From assembly GCA_965246715.1 (NCBI GenBank), contig CBDFFH010000015.1, positions 128,001-192,000 on the forward strand: a DNA stretch of 64,000 nucleotides, given 5' to 3'. Of this stretch, positions 52,194-61,818 are shown piece after piece; within the stretch, counting starts at the first letter, position 1; each line of letters opens with the position of its first letter. A program made the position numbers and the translations under genes. Source of the DNA: Chamaesiphon sp. Its GTDB lineage: Bacteria; Cyanobacteriota; Cyanobacteriia; Cyanobacteriales; Chamaesiphonaceae. The notes beneath the pieces were generated by a model, which saw only the letters and a list, made by a program, of their open reading frames with translations, made no database searches and had not been told where the DNA came from.

Positions 52194-53444
52194 TAAGCCA
52201 AGCACCTACATTAGTTGTAGAGATTAAAAGACGGCTCCCAATCCTAGCAAATGCTAGCGATGCAGCTTTTGTCAGTACCTGTGAAAGGAACGCTCTCTAT
52301 CGAGACGCAGTTGGACTGAGTACTGCACCCAATAATGGTATTCTCCAATATTTAGATGTCACCAAAGTTAAACCAGAGTATTTGGCTGATTATGGGCTGG
52401 TATTTAATGGTGACTTCTTCCAACTGTGGCGACGGGTTGGTGGTTTGATTATGCCACTGACGACCATCAAGCGCGTAAATAAAACTAGCTTACCTAAATT
52501 ATTAAAAGAACTAGCAAAATGCTTGCAAACTCAGCCAGCAGCTCTAGTAACAGCGATTTGGAATCGTAAAGGTGGCGTGGCGAAAACGACTAATACGATT
52601 AATGTTGCCGCTTGTCTGGCACTGGCAGGTAAAAAAGTATTATTAATCGATCTCGATCCACAAAACGATCTGACTACAGGCATCGGCTTGAAAGCTAACT
52701 TTGCACCAACTTACTTCGAGCAAGCTTATGAGAAAATCCAACTGCAACAACTAAATTTTGCCAAGACAATAATTGCCGCAGCGATTCAAACCAAGAATTA
52801 CCCAACTAGCAACCAACAGACGTTTCAATTATCGCTGCTATCCGCAGATAGCATACGGCTTAATGCTATTAATGATACGCTCTATGCCCACAAGCCACAT
52901 GTAATTTTTAATCAGATTCTCGATCTAGTTCGGCATGAATATGATTATATTTTTATCGATTCTTCACCCAAGCACGATCGCCTGACAGAGTGCTTGTTAT
53001 GTACTACTGAAGCGATCTTGCTGCCGCTAGATTCAGGCTGTAAATCATTAAAACACGCGATCGATCTTTCTCAGCAAGTGATTCCCGGCATTCAAGCCAT
53101 GCGAAACAAAGCTGATGATTTTACCCTCGGCCCGTGGAATCTCGGTTTGTTATTTAGTAATTGCCCGAGCGAGATTGCTATTGGTGCTGGCATCCAAAAA
53201 TCGATCGACAAGGTGATTGAGGATAAAGGCTTTACGGGCAAAAAAGTTAATACTCGGATTGTAAATCTAGCCAAGGTCAAAGATGCAGAATTCAAAGAGA
53301 TGCCCGTGGTTTGTTGGCAGAATTCGCCCGTGACTAAACTCTATCACGAGCTAACTCAAGAAGTATTCCTCGGACATAATTGTATAACTGAATAAATTGT
53401 TACAGCTTATCAAAACATCATAGATCGAATAGAGGAAATTAATT

Positions 53445-53981
53445 ATGGTATCGACTTTAGAGCGTCGCAATACAACTACTCCGATAGGACAAGTGTTGCG
53501 GCTCCCGTGTAAATTCATTCAAGGCACTGCGACGATCGCCCCAGCGATTATCGATACGATCGCCAAAGAATTAGTAAATACAGGTAGAAATGTGTTGCCT
53601 GTGATGGTAGAAGATATCAAAACAGATAAGTATGCTGCTGTATTTAATCAGCAAATTTTATTAGCAGCAAAACAAGCAGGACTTGATTTTGTTTACTGCA
53701 TCGTCGTCGATCGAGAGATGACAGCTCAACTCAAAATCGAAGCTGGCAAAACGATTAAGGTGGATCTCAATCTAGCATCGGAAGCCGAATTAACCGCAGC
53801 ATTTGCAAATATTAAAGTGAATATCGCTGGTTTAACTAAAATCGAACCACAGACGATCGCAAAATCGATCGTTAGCTATCGTACTGGAAATCGGATTAAA
53901 GATCTGAATTTTTTAACAAAGTTAAAATGTGGGATTGGCAAAGCTAAATTACCACTATTAACCGATCGATTACGATTTTAA
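53445..53981 (+). CDS. Hypothetical protein: degenerate ParB/sulfiredoxin-like N-terminus plus helix-hairpin-helix C-terminus
   Basis: GRNVLPVMV...Y......LLAAKQAGLDFVYCIVV resembles ParB-N; VDLNLASEAEL...GIGKAK resembles ComEA-type HhH; GAGG RBS. Confidence 0.6.
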   Translation: MVSTLERRNTTTPIGQVLRLPCKFIQGTATIAPAIIDTIAKELVNTGRNVLPVMVEDIKTDKYAAVFNQQILLAAKQAGLDFVYCIVVDREMTAQLKIEAGKTIKVDLNLASEAELTAAFANIKVNIAGLTKIEPQTIAKSIVSYRTGNRIKDLNFLTKLKCGIGKAKLPLLTDRLRF

Positions 53982-54301
53982 TTCAAACAGGGTCTACCCT
54001 ATTTCCCGTACATGTGAATTGTGGCTGCCGCGATCGACCGAATCATCGCCCATCAACACTAGCATCGAGTAAAGGCTACAATCGATCGCTCAAAATCTCG
54101 ACTGTAGGCGCAGCCATTGGCGCGCTCGCCAGTTTTTATTTATCCCCACTCAAGCTTTTGGGTATCGCTCAACCAGCGCCGGAGCCTTTGACCATTTTCG
54201 GTACGATCGGCGGCAGTGCGGCGGCTTGGAAGATGAATAAAAAAATGAAATCGATCGACAAAGTATCAGTTAAAAACTTTACTTTCTAAGCTTTTTCTTT
54301 A

Positions 54302-54335
54302 AATAGATACCACCTCGATCGAGGTGGTATCTATT
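54302..54335. terminator. Perfect 34-bp palindrome centred on TCGATCGA
   Basis: aatagataccacctcga|tcgaggtggtatctatt. Confidence 0.55.
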
Positions 54336-54479
54336 GCTATTTAGTACCAATTTAACATCAGCATTCTTGCTGAGGGTGGATGAAGTCTCGCCTTGTTATA
54401 TTTGGTGAGGCTTCGACGGTTGGCAATTTTGGCTGGCGATCGCCAAAGATATATAAATAGTTAAAAGTCGTTTGTAGTT

Positions 54480-55499
54480 ATGATGTCACTGATTTTCGGC
54501 GCAGCTTCGATAATTACCGCTGGTGCTGGCGTTGTGTTGGGAGCAGATGGTATTTCCAAACTTGATGAAGCGAAGAAAATCGAGCAAGATGCGCGCAAGC
54601 GTTACGAACAAAAACGTGAATCGGTAGCACGATTATTCCACGCAACCCAAGAATTAGCTAAAGAATACGGACAGCTTCAAATCCAAGCGCATTTTCAAAC
54701 GATCGAACGTTTCGTTGCTTTTATCGATCGCATCGATCGCGCCCCCATCCACAATGTATCTAAGTTTTTAGCTGGAGTAGATCGAGTCTCACCACAACAA
54801 ATTCAACAATATCAAGCGATTTCATCTGAACTTAAACCGATCGCGACGAGCTGTTTGACAACAGTAACTATTGGCGATCCAACGGATTGGGCGCAGTTAA
54901 CACCAATGAAATTTTCAGGCAAGGCCGGCACCAGAACTGCGTTCGGCGGGTCGATCGATGCCATGACCCTCGGCTGGCTGGGCGGTGGCTCCTTGGCCGC
55001 AGCAGGCGGGACTGGTATGGCATTTGGATCGGTGCTGTTGGGTGGGTTTATCGCGGCACCAGTGCTGGCGATCGGTGGGTCGATCCTCGGCAGACGCGGT
55101 GGAAAATCGCTAGTAGAGTCCAATCACTATGAAGAGAGTGTTAATGCTGAAATTGCCAAACTTAATGCATTTGAGGATTTTCTCGGACACGTCCAGCGGC
55201 GAATTATCGAGTTAAAGCAGCTGGTTACCAACTTGAACGAGCGCGCGATTCAGAGTTTGACAGCGATCGAATCGCGAAATTTTAGCAACGAACGCGATGC
55301 CGAAAAATTACAACAAGTTACGCTATTAATTAAAACATTAGCGGAAGTAATGAAAACTCCTGTGTTGGAGGATAATGGCAATCGCGGTGGCGCAGTAGCC
55401 GTGCGAGAGCAGCAAGCGACAGCACCATTAAATGCGAAGTATTTACTATTTAGCAAGCCTACAGTTGCGAATGGTGAGCTGTCATTTGCGAGCTGCTAA
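54480..55499 (+). CDS. Hypothetical coiled-coil protein with glycine-rich hydrophobic hairpin
   Basis: 339 aa; TLGWLGGGSLAAAGGTGMAFGSVLLGGFIAAPVLAIGG flanked by coiled coils. Confidence 0.7.
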   Translation: MMSLIFGAASIITAGAGVVLGADGISKLDEAKKIEQDARKRYEQKRESVARLFHATQELAKEYGQLQIQAHFQTIERFVAFIDRIDRAPIHNVSKFLAGVDRVSPQQIQQYQAISSELKPIATSCLTTVTIGDPTDWAQLTPMKFSGKAGTRTAFGGSIDAMTLGWLGGGSLAAAGGTGMAFGSVLLGGFIAAPVLAIGGSILGRRGGKSLVESNHYEESVNAEIAKLNAFEDFLGHVQRRIIELKQLVTNLNERAIQSLTAIESRNFSNERDAEKLQQVTLLIKTLAEVMKTPVLEDNGNRGGAVAVREQQATAPLNAKYLLFSKPTVANGELSFASC

Positions 55500-55567
55500 A
55501 CTCAGATCTCGATCTGTACTAGATAGCATTAGAGCTATAATCCAGTGACAGGGACAGATCGAGCATC

Positions 55568-56809
55568 ATGCTAAATAATTTATTCGATCGATCGACAAAT
55601 TTAGAACCACTGTCAATCGATCGACTCACCAGATATATCGAGCGAGCGCTAACTCAAACTCCCGAACTCCGGCAAGTCTGGGTCACTGGCGAAGTTTCGA
55701 GTGCCAATTTTCATCCTTCTGGCATCTACTTTACGCTCAAAGATCCCGTTGGCAAAGCCACACTCCCCAGCGTGGTGTGGAAGGATCGGATTCGGGATCT
55801 CGAAACCAAACCTCAAGTCGGCACCCAGGTATGTGCGTTGGGGACGATCGTGGTATACGCACCACATGGCAAGTATCAGTTTCAAGTTCAGCAAGTTTTA
55901 CCGCTCGGGGAAGGCTTACAAGCACTCCGCTATCAAAAATTGCGGCAACGACTCACCGCTGAGGGTTTATTCGATCTCGATCGCAAACAAGTACTGCCTA
56001 ATTATCCCCACAGGATCGCAGTGATTACATCGCCTACCGCCGCCGCTTGGGGCGATATTCAACGGACGATTTTGTCCCGTTATCCAGGGCTATTAGTATT
56101 GCTATCGCCAGCTACAGTTCAAGGTGAGACGGCACCATCTTCGATCGTGCGGGCGATCGATCGAGTCATCCTCGACGCGCGCGCTGAAGTCTTGATTATC
56201 GCTAGAGGTGGCGGCGCGACCGAAGATTTAAGCTGTTTTAATGATGAAACGGTCGTGCGCACGATCGCAGCATGTTCGATCCCAGTGGTCACCGGCATCG
56301 GCCACGAGCGCGACGAATCACTAGCAGATTTGGCCGCAGATGTCCGCGCATCGACACCTACCGCCGCCGCTGTGCTAGTCGTACCTAATTTAGCCGATCT
56401 CGTTGCCGATCGATCGGTGTTAGTCGATCGGCTCGATACCGCAATCGATCGGGTGCTAGTTGTGCGCCAGCATCAATTAACTCAATTACGGACGCGATTC
56501 GAGCGCGTTCGACCCGATCGACAATTAGCCTTGGAACGCGAGCGATTGGCACAGCTGAGCCACCGATTGCACCGTGCGATTTCTGCTCGCCTACAAACGG
56601 CGCAACAAGAGCGATTGCGACTGCGAGAACGCGCTCAGGCACTCGATCCGCGCTCGATCTTACGACGAGGTTATGCAGTGGTACGGCAAGCAAATGGCGC
56701 GATCGTGCGGGAAAGCGATCGTTTAAGATTAGGAGAAGAGTTGGTAATTCAACTCGATCGGGGTCAAGTTGGGGTGCGCGTACTGGAGATCGACAATGGC
56801 AAAGAGTAA
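55568..56809 (+). CDS. xseA: Exodeoxyribonuclease VII large subunit
   Basis: VWVTGEVS, YFTLKD, ARGGG..EDL..FN, GIGHE.D, TPTAAA. Confidence 0.95.
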   Translation: MLNNLFDRSTNLEPLSIDRLTRYIERALTQTPELRQVWVTGEVSSANFHPSGIYFTLKDPVGKATLPSVVWKDRIRDLETKPQVGTQVCALGTIVVYAPHGKYQFQVQQVLPLGEGLQALRYQKLRQRLTAEGLFDLDRKQVLPNYPHRIAVITSPTAAAWGDIQRTILSRYPGLLVLLSPATVQGETAPSSIVRAIDRVILDARAEVLIIARGGGATEDLSCFNDETVVRTIAACSIPVVTGIGHERDESLADLAADVRASTPTAAAVLVVPNLADLVADRSVLVDRLDTAIDRVLVVRQHQLTQLRTRFERVRPDRQLALERERLAQLSHRLHRAISARLQTAQQERLRLRERAQALDPRSILRRGYAVVRQANGAIVRESDRLRLGEELVIQLDRGQVGVRVLEIDNGKE

Positions 56810-57074
56810 GGTTAAACAGCCGAGCGCAGATTGGAAATACGAGGAGATCGTCGATCGGGTCGAGGAAATTTTAGATGCGATCGAAGGCGGTGAGTTGGAA
56901 TTGGCAGAAGTATTCGATCGGTTTGCGGTGGGGGTAGATTATCTCCAACAATGCGATCGCTTTTTAGCAGCGCAGCAAGAACGCGTAGAACTCTTGCTGG
57001 AAACACTAGGCGAAACCGATAGTTTGGCAGACTGGGAAATCGGGCGAGTCTTACCGCGACCGCCAGCAAGCTAG
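56796..57074 (+). CDS. xseB: Exodeoxyribonuclease VII small subunit
   Basis: YEEIVDRVEEILDAIEGGELEL...C...L; overlaps the xseA stop. Confidence 0.9.
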   Translation: MAKSKVKQPSADWKYEEIVDRVEEILDAIEGGELELAEVFDRFAVGVDYLQQCDRFLAAQQERVELLLETLGETDSLADWEIGRVLPRPPAS

Positions 57075-57248
57075 ATCGGCTGATTTACACGATCGTGGCC
57101 AAATATTCGATATTCGATAAAAGGGCTAAGGAAATTACCTGAAATTACTGTGTAAGTCAGCAGTGATGTTTGACTGAGAGCTTAGCTAGTTATACACTCT
57201 AGATTATGGCTTAATTCTTACACAGCCTAGCACAAAATCGATTTATTT

Positions 57249-58223
57249 ATGAGCGATCTACCAGTCGAGCAGTCCGAAGATAAGGGCGCGAAGACGCGAC
57301 AGATGTTGGGGATGAAGGGAGCTTCGACTGAAGCCACTTCGATCTGGAAGATTCGCTTGCAGTTAATGAAACCAATTACTTGGATTCCCTTGATGTGGGG
57401 AGTTGTCTGCGGCGCGGCTTCGTCAGGTGCTTATACATGGTCGATCGAAAACTTTTTCAAAGCATTGCTATGTATGCTGATGTCGGGGCCATTCCTAACT
57501 GGTTATACTCAGGTCGTCAATGAATTCTACGATCGCGAGATCGATGCAGTAAACGAACCCTATCGTCCGATTCCCTCGGGCGCGATTTCGCTATTCCAAG
57601 TGAAAGTACAGATTTTTGTCCTCTTGGCTGGCGGGATTGGCATCTCTTATTTACTCGATCGAGCCGCAAATCATGATTTCCCAATTATGACTTGTTTGGC
57701 GATCGGGGGTGCGTTCGTCGCTTATATATATTCCGCACCGCCACTGAAGTTAAAACAAAATGGGTGGTTGGGTACTTATGCGCTGGGTGCGAGTTATATC
57801 GCTTTACCTTGGTGGGCTGGACACGCTTTATTTGGAACACTCAATTGGACATTGATTGCTGTAACTTTATTTTATAGTTTGGCCGGATTGGGGATTGCGA
57901 TCGTCAATGATTTTAAGAGTGTTGAAGGCGATCGTCAATTTGGTCTAAAATCCATGCCAGTGATGTTTGGAGTTGATAAAGCTGCCTGGATTTGCGTATT
58001 GGCGATCGATATTTTTCAAGCTGGAATTGCTGTCTATCTAACCACCATTCACCAAAATCTTTATGCCGCAATTTTGGGGCTATTGATTATCCCGCAGATT
58101 ACGTTTCAAGATATGTATTTCCTGCGCGATCCACTCAAAAATGATGTCAAGTATCAAGCCAGCGCTCAACCTTTTCTAGTATTAGGGATGCTGGTCGCGG
58201 GTCTGGCGATCGGTCATGCTTGA
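57249..58223 (+). CDS. chlG: Chlorophyll synthase
   Basis: MKPITWIP, YDREIDAVNEPYRPIPSG, YSAPPLKLK, NDFKSVEGD. Confidence 0.97.
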   Translation: MSDLPVEQSEDKGAKTRQMLGMKGASTEATSIWKIRLQLMKPITWIPLMWGVVCGAASSGAYTWSIENFFKALLCMLMSGPFLTGYTQVVNEFYDREIDAVNEPYRPIPSGAISLFQVKVQIFVLLAGGIGISYLLDRAANHDFPIMTCLAIGGAFVAYIYSAPPLKLKQNGWLGTYALGASYIALPWWAGHALFGTLNWTLIAVTLFYSLAGLGIAIVNDFKSVEGDRQFGLKSMPVMFGVDKAAWICVLAIDIFQAGIAVYLTTIHQNLYAAILGLLIIPQITFQDMYFLRDPLKNDVKYQASAQPFLVLGMLVAGLAIGHA

Positions 58224-58352
58224 TACTCGATCGAAGCTTAAGATCTTAGAACCTATTTGAGATCTATCATTCTATAGGCAAGCGATCTTCTTAGGACTTA
58301 TTTTGGCGTGTAGTGGGACTGTGTATTTAGCTCTGGCGGAAAGCTCGCTCTA

Positions 58353-59402
58353 TCAGGGGCGCGCTTCAAGAACAAGATTAAACGGTGTTTCTGCAACGCG
58401 GTTGAGATGGCGGAAACCAGCACCGTCCACAATTGCTTCCCTGAGACGTTTTTCTCCTGCTTGGGCACCGAGAGCAGCACCATTTTCCTGAGCCAATGAA
58501 GTCGGGACGCAGACCATTGTTGACCCAGAGTAGTACAATCGGCCGATCGGATTGAGGTTGTCCGCCAAGCGATCGCCTGCCATAGGCTCGACAATCATGC
58601 ACGCGCCATTCTCGTCAAGCAATTGGCGGATGTGCTTCATTGCTCCAACCGGGTCTCCCATGTCGTGCAGGCAGTCGAAAATTGTTACCAAGTCATAATG
58701 ACCAGGGAGTTCCTTGGCCAGACTAACCTCAAATCTAATATTGGTCAGGCTATGAGCGGCTGCATGAGTGCGCGCTGCGTCAATTGAGGGCTGGTGAAAA
58801 TCAAAGCCGACAAATTCCGAGTTTGGAAATGCCTGAGCCATAATTGTTGTGGTAATTCCGTGCCCGCAACCCACATCAGCAACTCTCGCTCCCTGCCCCA
58901 GTTTTTCAACCATACCGCCCAGGGCAGGCAGCCACGACTGAACTAAATTGTTCTGATAGCCGGGGCGAAAGAACTTTGCAACAGCGCAGGAAAGGCATTG
59001 GGTTTGTTCTCCCCAAGGAATTCCAGCCCCAGTCTTGAATGCTTCGCGCACCTGCGGCTCGTTTTGCTGGAACGTGGCAGCAACTCCAAAGGCCGGAGCT
59101 AGGTAGAACGGACTATCTCGATCGGCTAGCAAAAGTGCTTGTTCGGGAGTCATCCAGAACTTCTCGGTGTCCGCGTCGTAGGAAATATAGTTTGAGGCGG
59201 CTTGAGCGCTAAGCCATTCTCTCATGTAGCGTTCGGCAACACCCGTCGATTGAGCGATTTCTGTTACTGTGCTAGGACCAGCATCGTTGAGGGCTTCATA
59301 GAGTCCAAGATGCTCCCCAATTTGCACAAGAGGCACGCTAAATGCTCCGCCTAGGTCTTGAAGGAATTGTCCGACCAATGAATTTAGTTTATTCTCGTCC
59401 AT
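58353..59402 (-). CDS. Class I SAM-dependent methyltransferase with N-terminal winged helix (Rv2258c-like)
   Basis: ERYMREWL helix, VADVGCGHG, FDCLHDMGDP, CVPTSL, LGAQAGE. Confidence 0.88.
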   Translation of the reverse strand: MDENKLNSLVGQFLQDLGGAFSVPLVQIGEHLGLYEALNDAGPSTVTEIAQSTGVAERYMREWLSAQAASNYISYDADTEKFWMTPEQALLLADRDSPFYLAPAFGVAATFQQNEPQVREAFKTGAGIPWGEQTQCLSCAVAKFFRPGYQNNLVQSWLPALGGMVEKLGQGARVADVGCGHGITTTIMAQAFPNSEFVGFDFHQPSIDAARTHAAAHSLTNIRFEVSLAKELPGHYDLVTIFDCLHDMGDPVGAMKHIRQLLDENGACMIVEPMAGDRLADNLNPIGRLYYSGSTMVCVPTSLAQENGAALGAQAGEKRLREAIVDGAGFRHLNRVAETPFNLVLEARP

Positions 59403-59575
59403 AATGCTATTCCTCTACTTCATCAATCGAGAGACTATCAGACAACCGGCCTCGGCATGGACTAAGGACTTAATATCGTAAGCTAATTGCTCCCAACTAT
59501 TACCCTTCTTCAACCAGTCTTCAGCTTCCGGAATATCTGGAGTAATACAGGCGACAGCCCTGAACCACGTCACGA

Positions 59576-59866
59576 TTAGGTGTTCTCCACGAGTGTGGCA
59601 ATCTCCACGAACTCGACACTAGGGCGCACACAGTAAAGACCGGACACCCGATCGAGTAACTCATCAGTGAAGAAAGCTTTGGCCGTGTCCTCTGAATCCC
59701 AAACGTAGAAGTTCACGGCCTCACGCTTTCCGGAATTGAGCGTGAAGGCCTTTGAGCGTAGCCCCAGCATTCCTTCAAACCTTACGCGTGCGGTCTCAGC
59801 GATCTTCCGCACGGCTTGCTCGTCGAAATTGTCTCCATAGCGGAACGTCACGAATACACCAATCAT
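59576..59866 (-). CDS. YdhR-like/ABM-fold small putative monooxygenase
   Basis: 96 aa; GLRSKAF...NFYVWDSE..A..FF pattern; AAGGAG RBS. Confidence 0.7.
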   Translation of the reverse strand: MIGVFVTFRYGDNFDEQAVRKIAETARVRFEGMLGLRSKAFTLNSGKREAVNFYVWDSEDTAKAFFTDELLDRVSGLYCVRPSVEFVEIATLVENT

Positions 59867-60269
59867 GTCGCACTCCTTTCAATGTAGTTGTTCAGGTCAC
59901 CACGTCTGCCCTGCCGCCTAACTTTCCGCATATCTCCCAGCAAATAGGGGTGTTAGCCCGACAATTATCGGTGTGATACCCCAGATTGGGTATTTAGGTG
60001 GATAAGATTCAGTCTAATCGCGCGATAAAATTATTTTGTCGAATTTAGTATTGTTTGTAACTATATTTAATGTATTTTCATTAATGATGCGGAAAGAACA
60101 GCCAATGCAGAAGTTGCTCGCTCGAAGCTATTCGCCTCACGCATGATTTAGATCGAACACATCAAAGATCTCAAATGGGTTATGTAGATCTATCGACCTC
60201 ACATAGGGGTGTACTTGTGGGTATCCGTAGCCGTGTCGGATACCCACAAGTATCACCCCTGCTTTAATT

Positions 60270-60578
60270 TTATAACAACCATTCTGAAGCTCGATCGCCT
60301 AAATCGAGCAATATGCTGACAGCCTTGCCCAGTCGAGGTTTTTCCGTGGTTTTATCGATAAATTTTTGGACTTGTCCGACACCGCCCATCGCGGCTAAAT
60401 AAGCACCAATTGTATCTAAATGAGCGAGATAATCTGTTTCTGAAAGCGGGAAAGAAGCTTGTTCTTGAAACTTCCACATCACTTGGAGATAGATCTTATT
60501 CGGAGCCTTGCGGATCTGGACATCATACGAATATCCCCATTTATTAACTATAATTTCTCTAAGTTCTTGTCCGGTCAT
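60270..60578 (-). CDS. DUF3067 family protein
   Basis: KWGYSYDVQ, LQVMWK..EQASFPL, KPRLGKAVSI. Confidence 0.88.
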   Translation of the reverse strand: MTGQELREIIVNKWGYSYDVQIRKAPNKIYLQVMWKFQEQASFPLSETDYLAHLDTIGAYLAAMGGVGQVQKFIDKTTEKPRLGKAVSILLDLGDRASEWLL

Positions 60579-60659
60579 AGGATAGGGGATAGGGAATAGG
60601 GAATAGGGGATAGTAAAAAGTGAGCTAAAGCTTAATACTAATAATTACAGAACAAATAA

Positions 60660-61559
60660 TTAACTAATTTTCAATTCACCAGTGTTGCCATCTAAAATGG
60701 CTGTGACTCCGACGGGAAGTGCCGCATTACAGCCATCATGACCGAAGGGGAGATTGGCAACGATCGGGATGTTGAGATCTGTCAATCGATCGCGTAATAC
60801 TTCTTCTACTGTAAAGCTCAAACTCCCGGCTGGGGGATCGCATTGACTGAATCGACCGATCGCGATGCCTGCTACTTTTGATAAGATCCCCGTCAATCGC
60901 CAGTGTGTCAGCAGTCGATCGATCCGATATGGAGCTTCGGTAACATCTTCGATTGCCAAAATTACACCTGCTAAATCTGGCTGAATCGGCGTACTGAGGA
61001 GATGAGTCGCCACAGTTAGATTGCACGGTAACAATCTCCCCGTTGCCACGCCAGGCACCCAACTATCACCCTGAAGTGGTGGAAGCGATTTACCAGCGAC
61101 GAGATCGAATAACCGATCGCGCGACCAGTCTGGTTCGTCGGCTAAAGTAGTAAGTAATGGCCCATGGATACCGCCACCGATCTGATGTCGAGCTTGACTC
61201 CACAACAGCGCGGTAATATCAGAAAAGCCAATCAGCCATTTGGGTGTAGCTAGTGGCGGCCACTGCCAATCTTCTAATAACCGCATCCCGCCATAACCGC
61301 CGCGCACGCACAAAATCGCCCGACATTCGGGATCTGCCCACGTTGCTGCCAATTGGTGGCGACGAAATAAATCTTTACCCGCTAGATAGCCCCAGCCCGT
61401 CATTACATCCCCTAGTACCTCCACGCGATAGCCGCGATCGCGCCAAAGTTCGATGCCACGATCGAGCGCCGTTCGAGATGGTACTCTGCCACTAGGTGCG
61501 ATTACGCACAGTAAATCTCCTGATTTTAAGGGTGGGGGTGTTTGAAAAGGGTGAATCAT
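60660..61559 (-). CDS. ldcA: LD-carboxypeptidase (peptidase S66)
   Basis: IAPS, RGGYG, IGFSDITAL, EDVTE.PYRIDR, FGH. Confidence 0.9.
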   Translation of the reverse strand: MIHPFQTPPPLKSGDLLCVIAPSGRVPSRTALDRGIELWRDRGYRVEVLGDVMTGWGYLAGKDLFRRHQLAATWADPECRAILCVRGGYGGMRLLEDWQWPPLATPKWLIGFSDITALLWSQARHQIGGGIHGPLLTTLADEPDWSRDRLFDLVAGKSLPPLQGDSWVPGVATGRLLPCNLTVATHLLSTPIQPDLAGVILAIEDVTEAPYRIDRLLTHWRLTGILSKVAGIAIGRFSQCDPPAGSLSFTVEEVLRDRLTDLNIPIVANLPFGHDGCNAALPVGVTAILDGNTGELKIS

Positions 61560-61818
61560 GGGTATTTATAAGAATAAGCGGATTTATTTCTGATTACAAT
61601 GTAAAGACGGATCGCGAACGCGTAAACGACAAGCTAAAATTTGGATGGATTACCGATCGCTGTGTGAAAATTCCGGTTTCAAAAGCATAACAATCATTGC
61701 GTTACTACTATGATTAGTAGTCCGAGTTGATTAAATTTTCGATCGATCCACCTCAAGCATTACACCCGATCTGCCATCATAGCTTATGCTATAGGCTGCC
61801 TGGAGCAACTCGAACCCC

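Larger units (their letters stand above)
51051..53395 (+). pseudogene. HsdR-N-like PD-(D/E)xK nuclease domain fused to a ParA ATPase, interrupted by IS5
   Basis: Joining 51051-51288 to 52197-53395 gives an open 478-aa frame: ...MPDYLIYNDL/SQAPTLVVEIKRR...YGLVFNG...NRKGGVAKTT...LLIDLDPQ...YDYIFIDSSP. Confidence 0.8.
58250..60181. mobile_element. Inverted-repeat-bounded, transposase-less cargo segment
   Basis: AACCTATTTGAGATCT (58250-58265) versus AGATCTCAAATGGGTT (60166-60181), 15/16 inverted match; interior poor in CGATCG; no clear target duplication. Confidence 0.5.

Noticed and set aside
52382..53395. Stand-alone chromosome-partitioning parA
   Set aside because: It is the 3' part of an IS-interrupted fusion; the partner lacks canonical ParB features and I saw no parS palindrome
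59403..59574. Possible gene remnant between the cargo genes (minus strand WFRAVACITPDIPEAEDW...)
   Set aside because: No credible start or recognisable family
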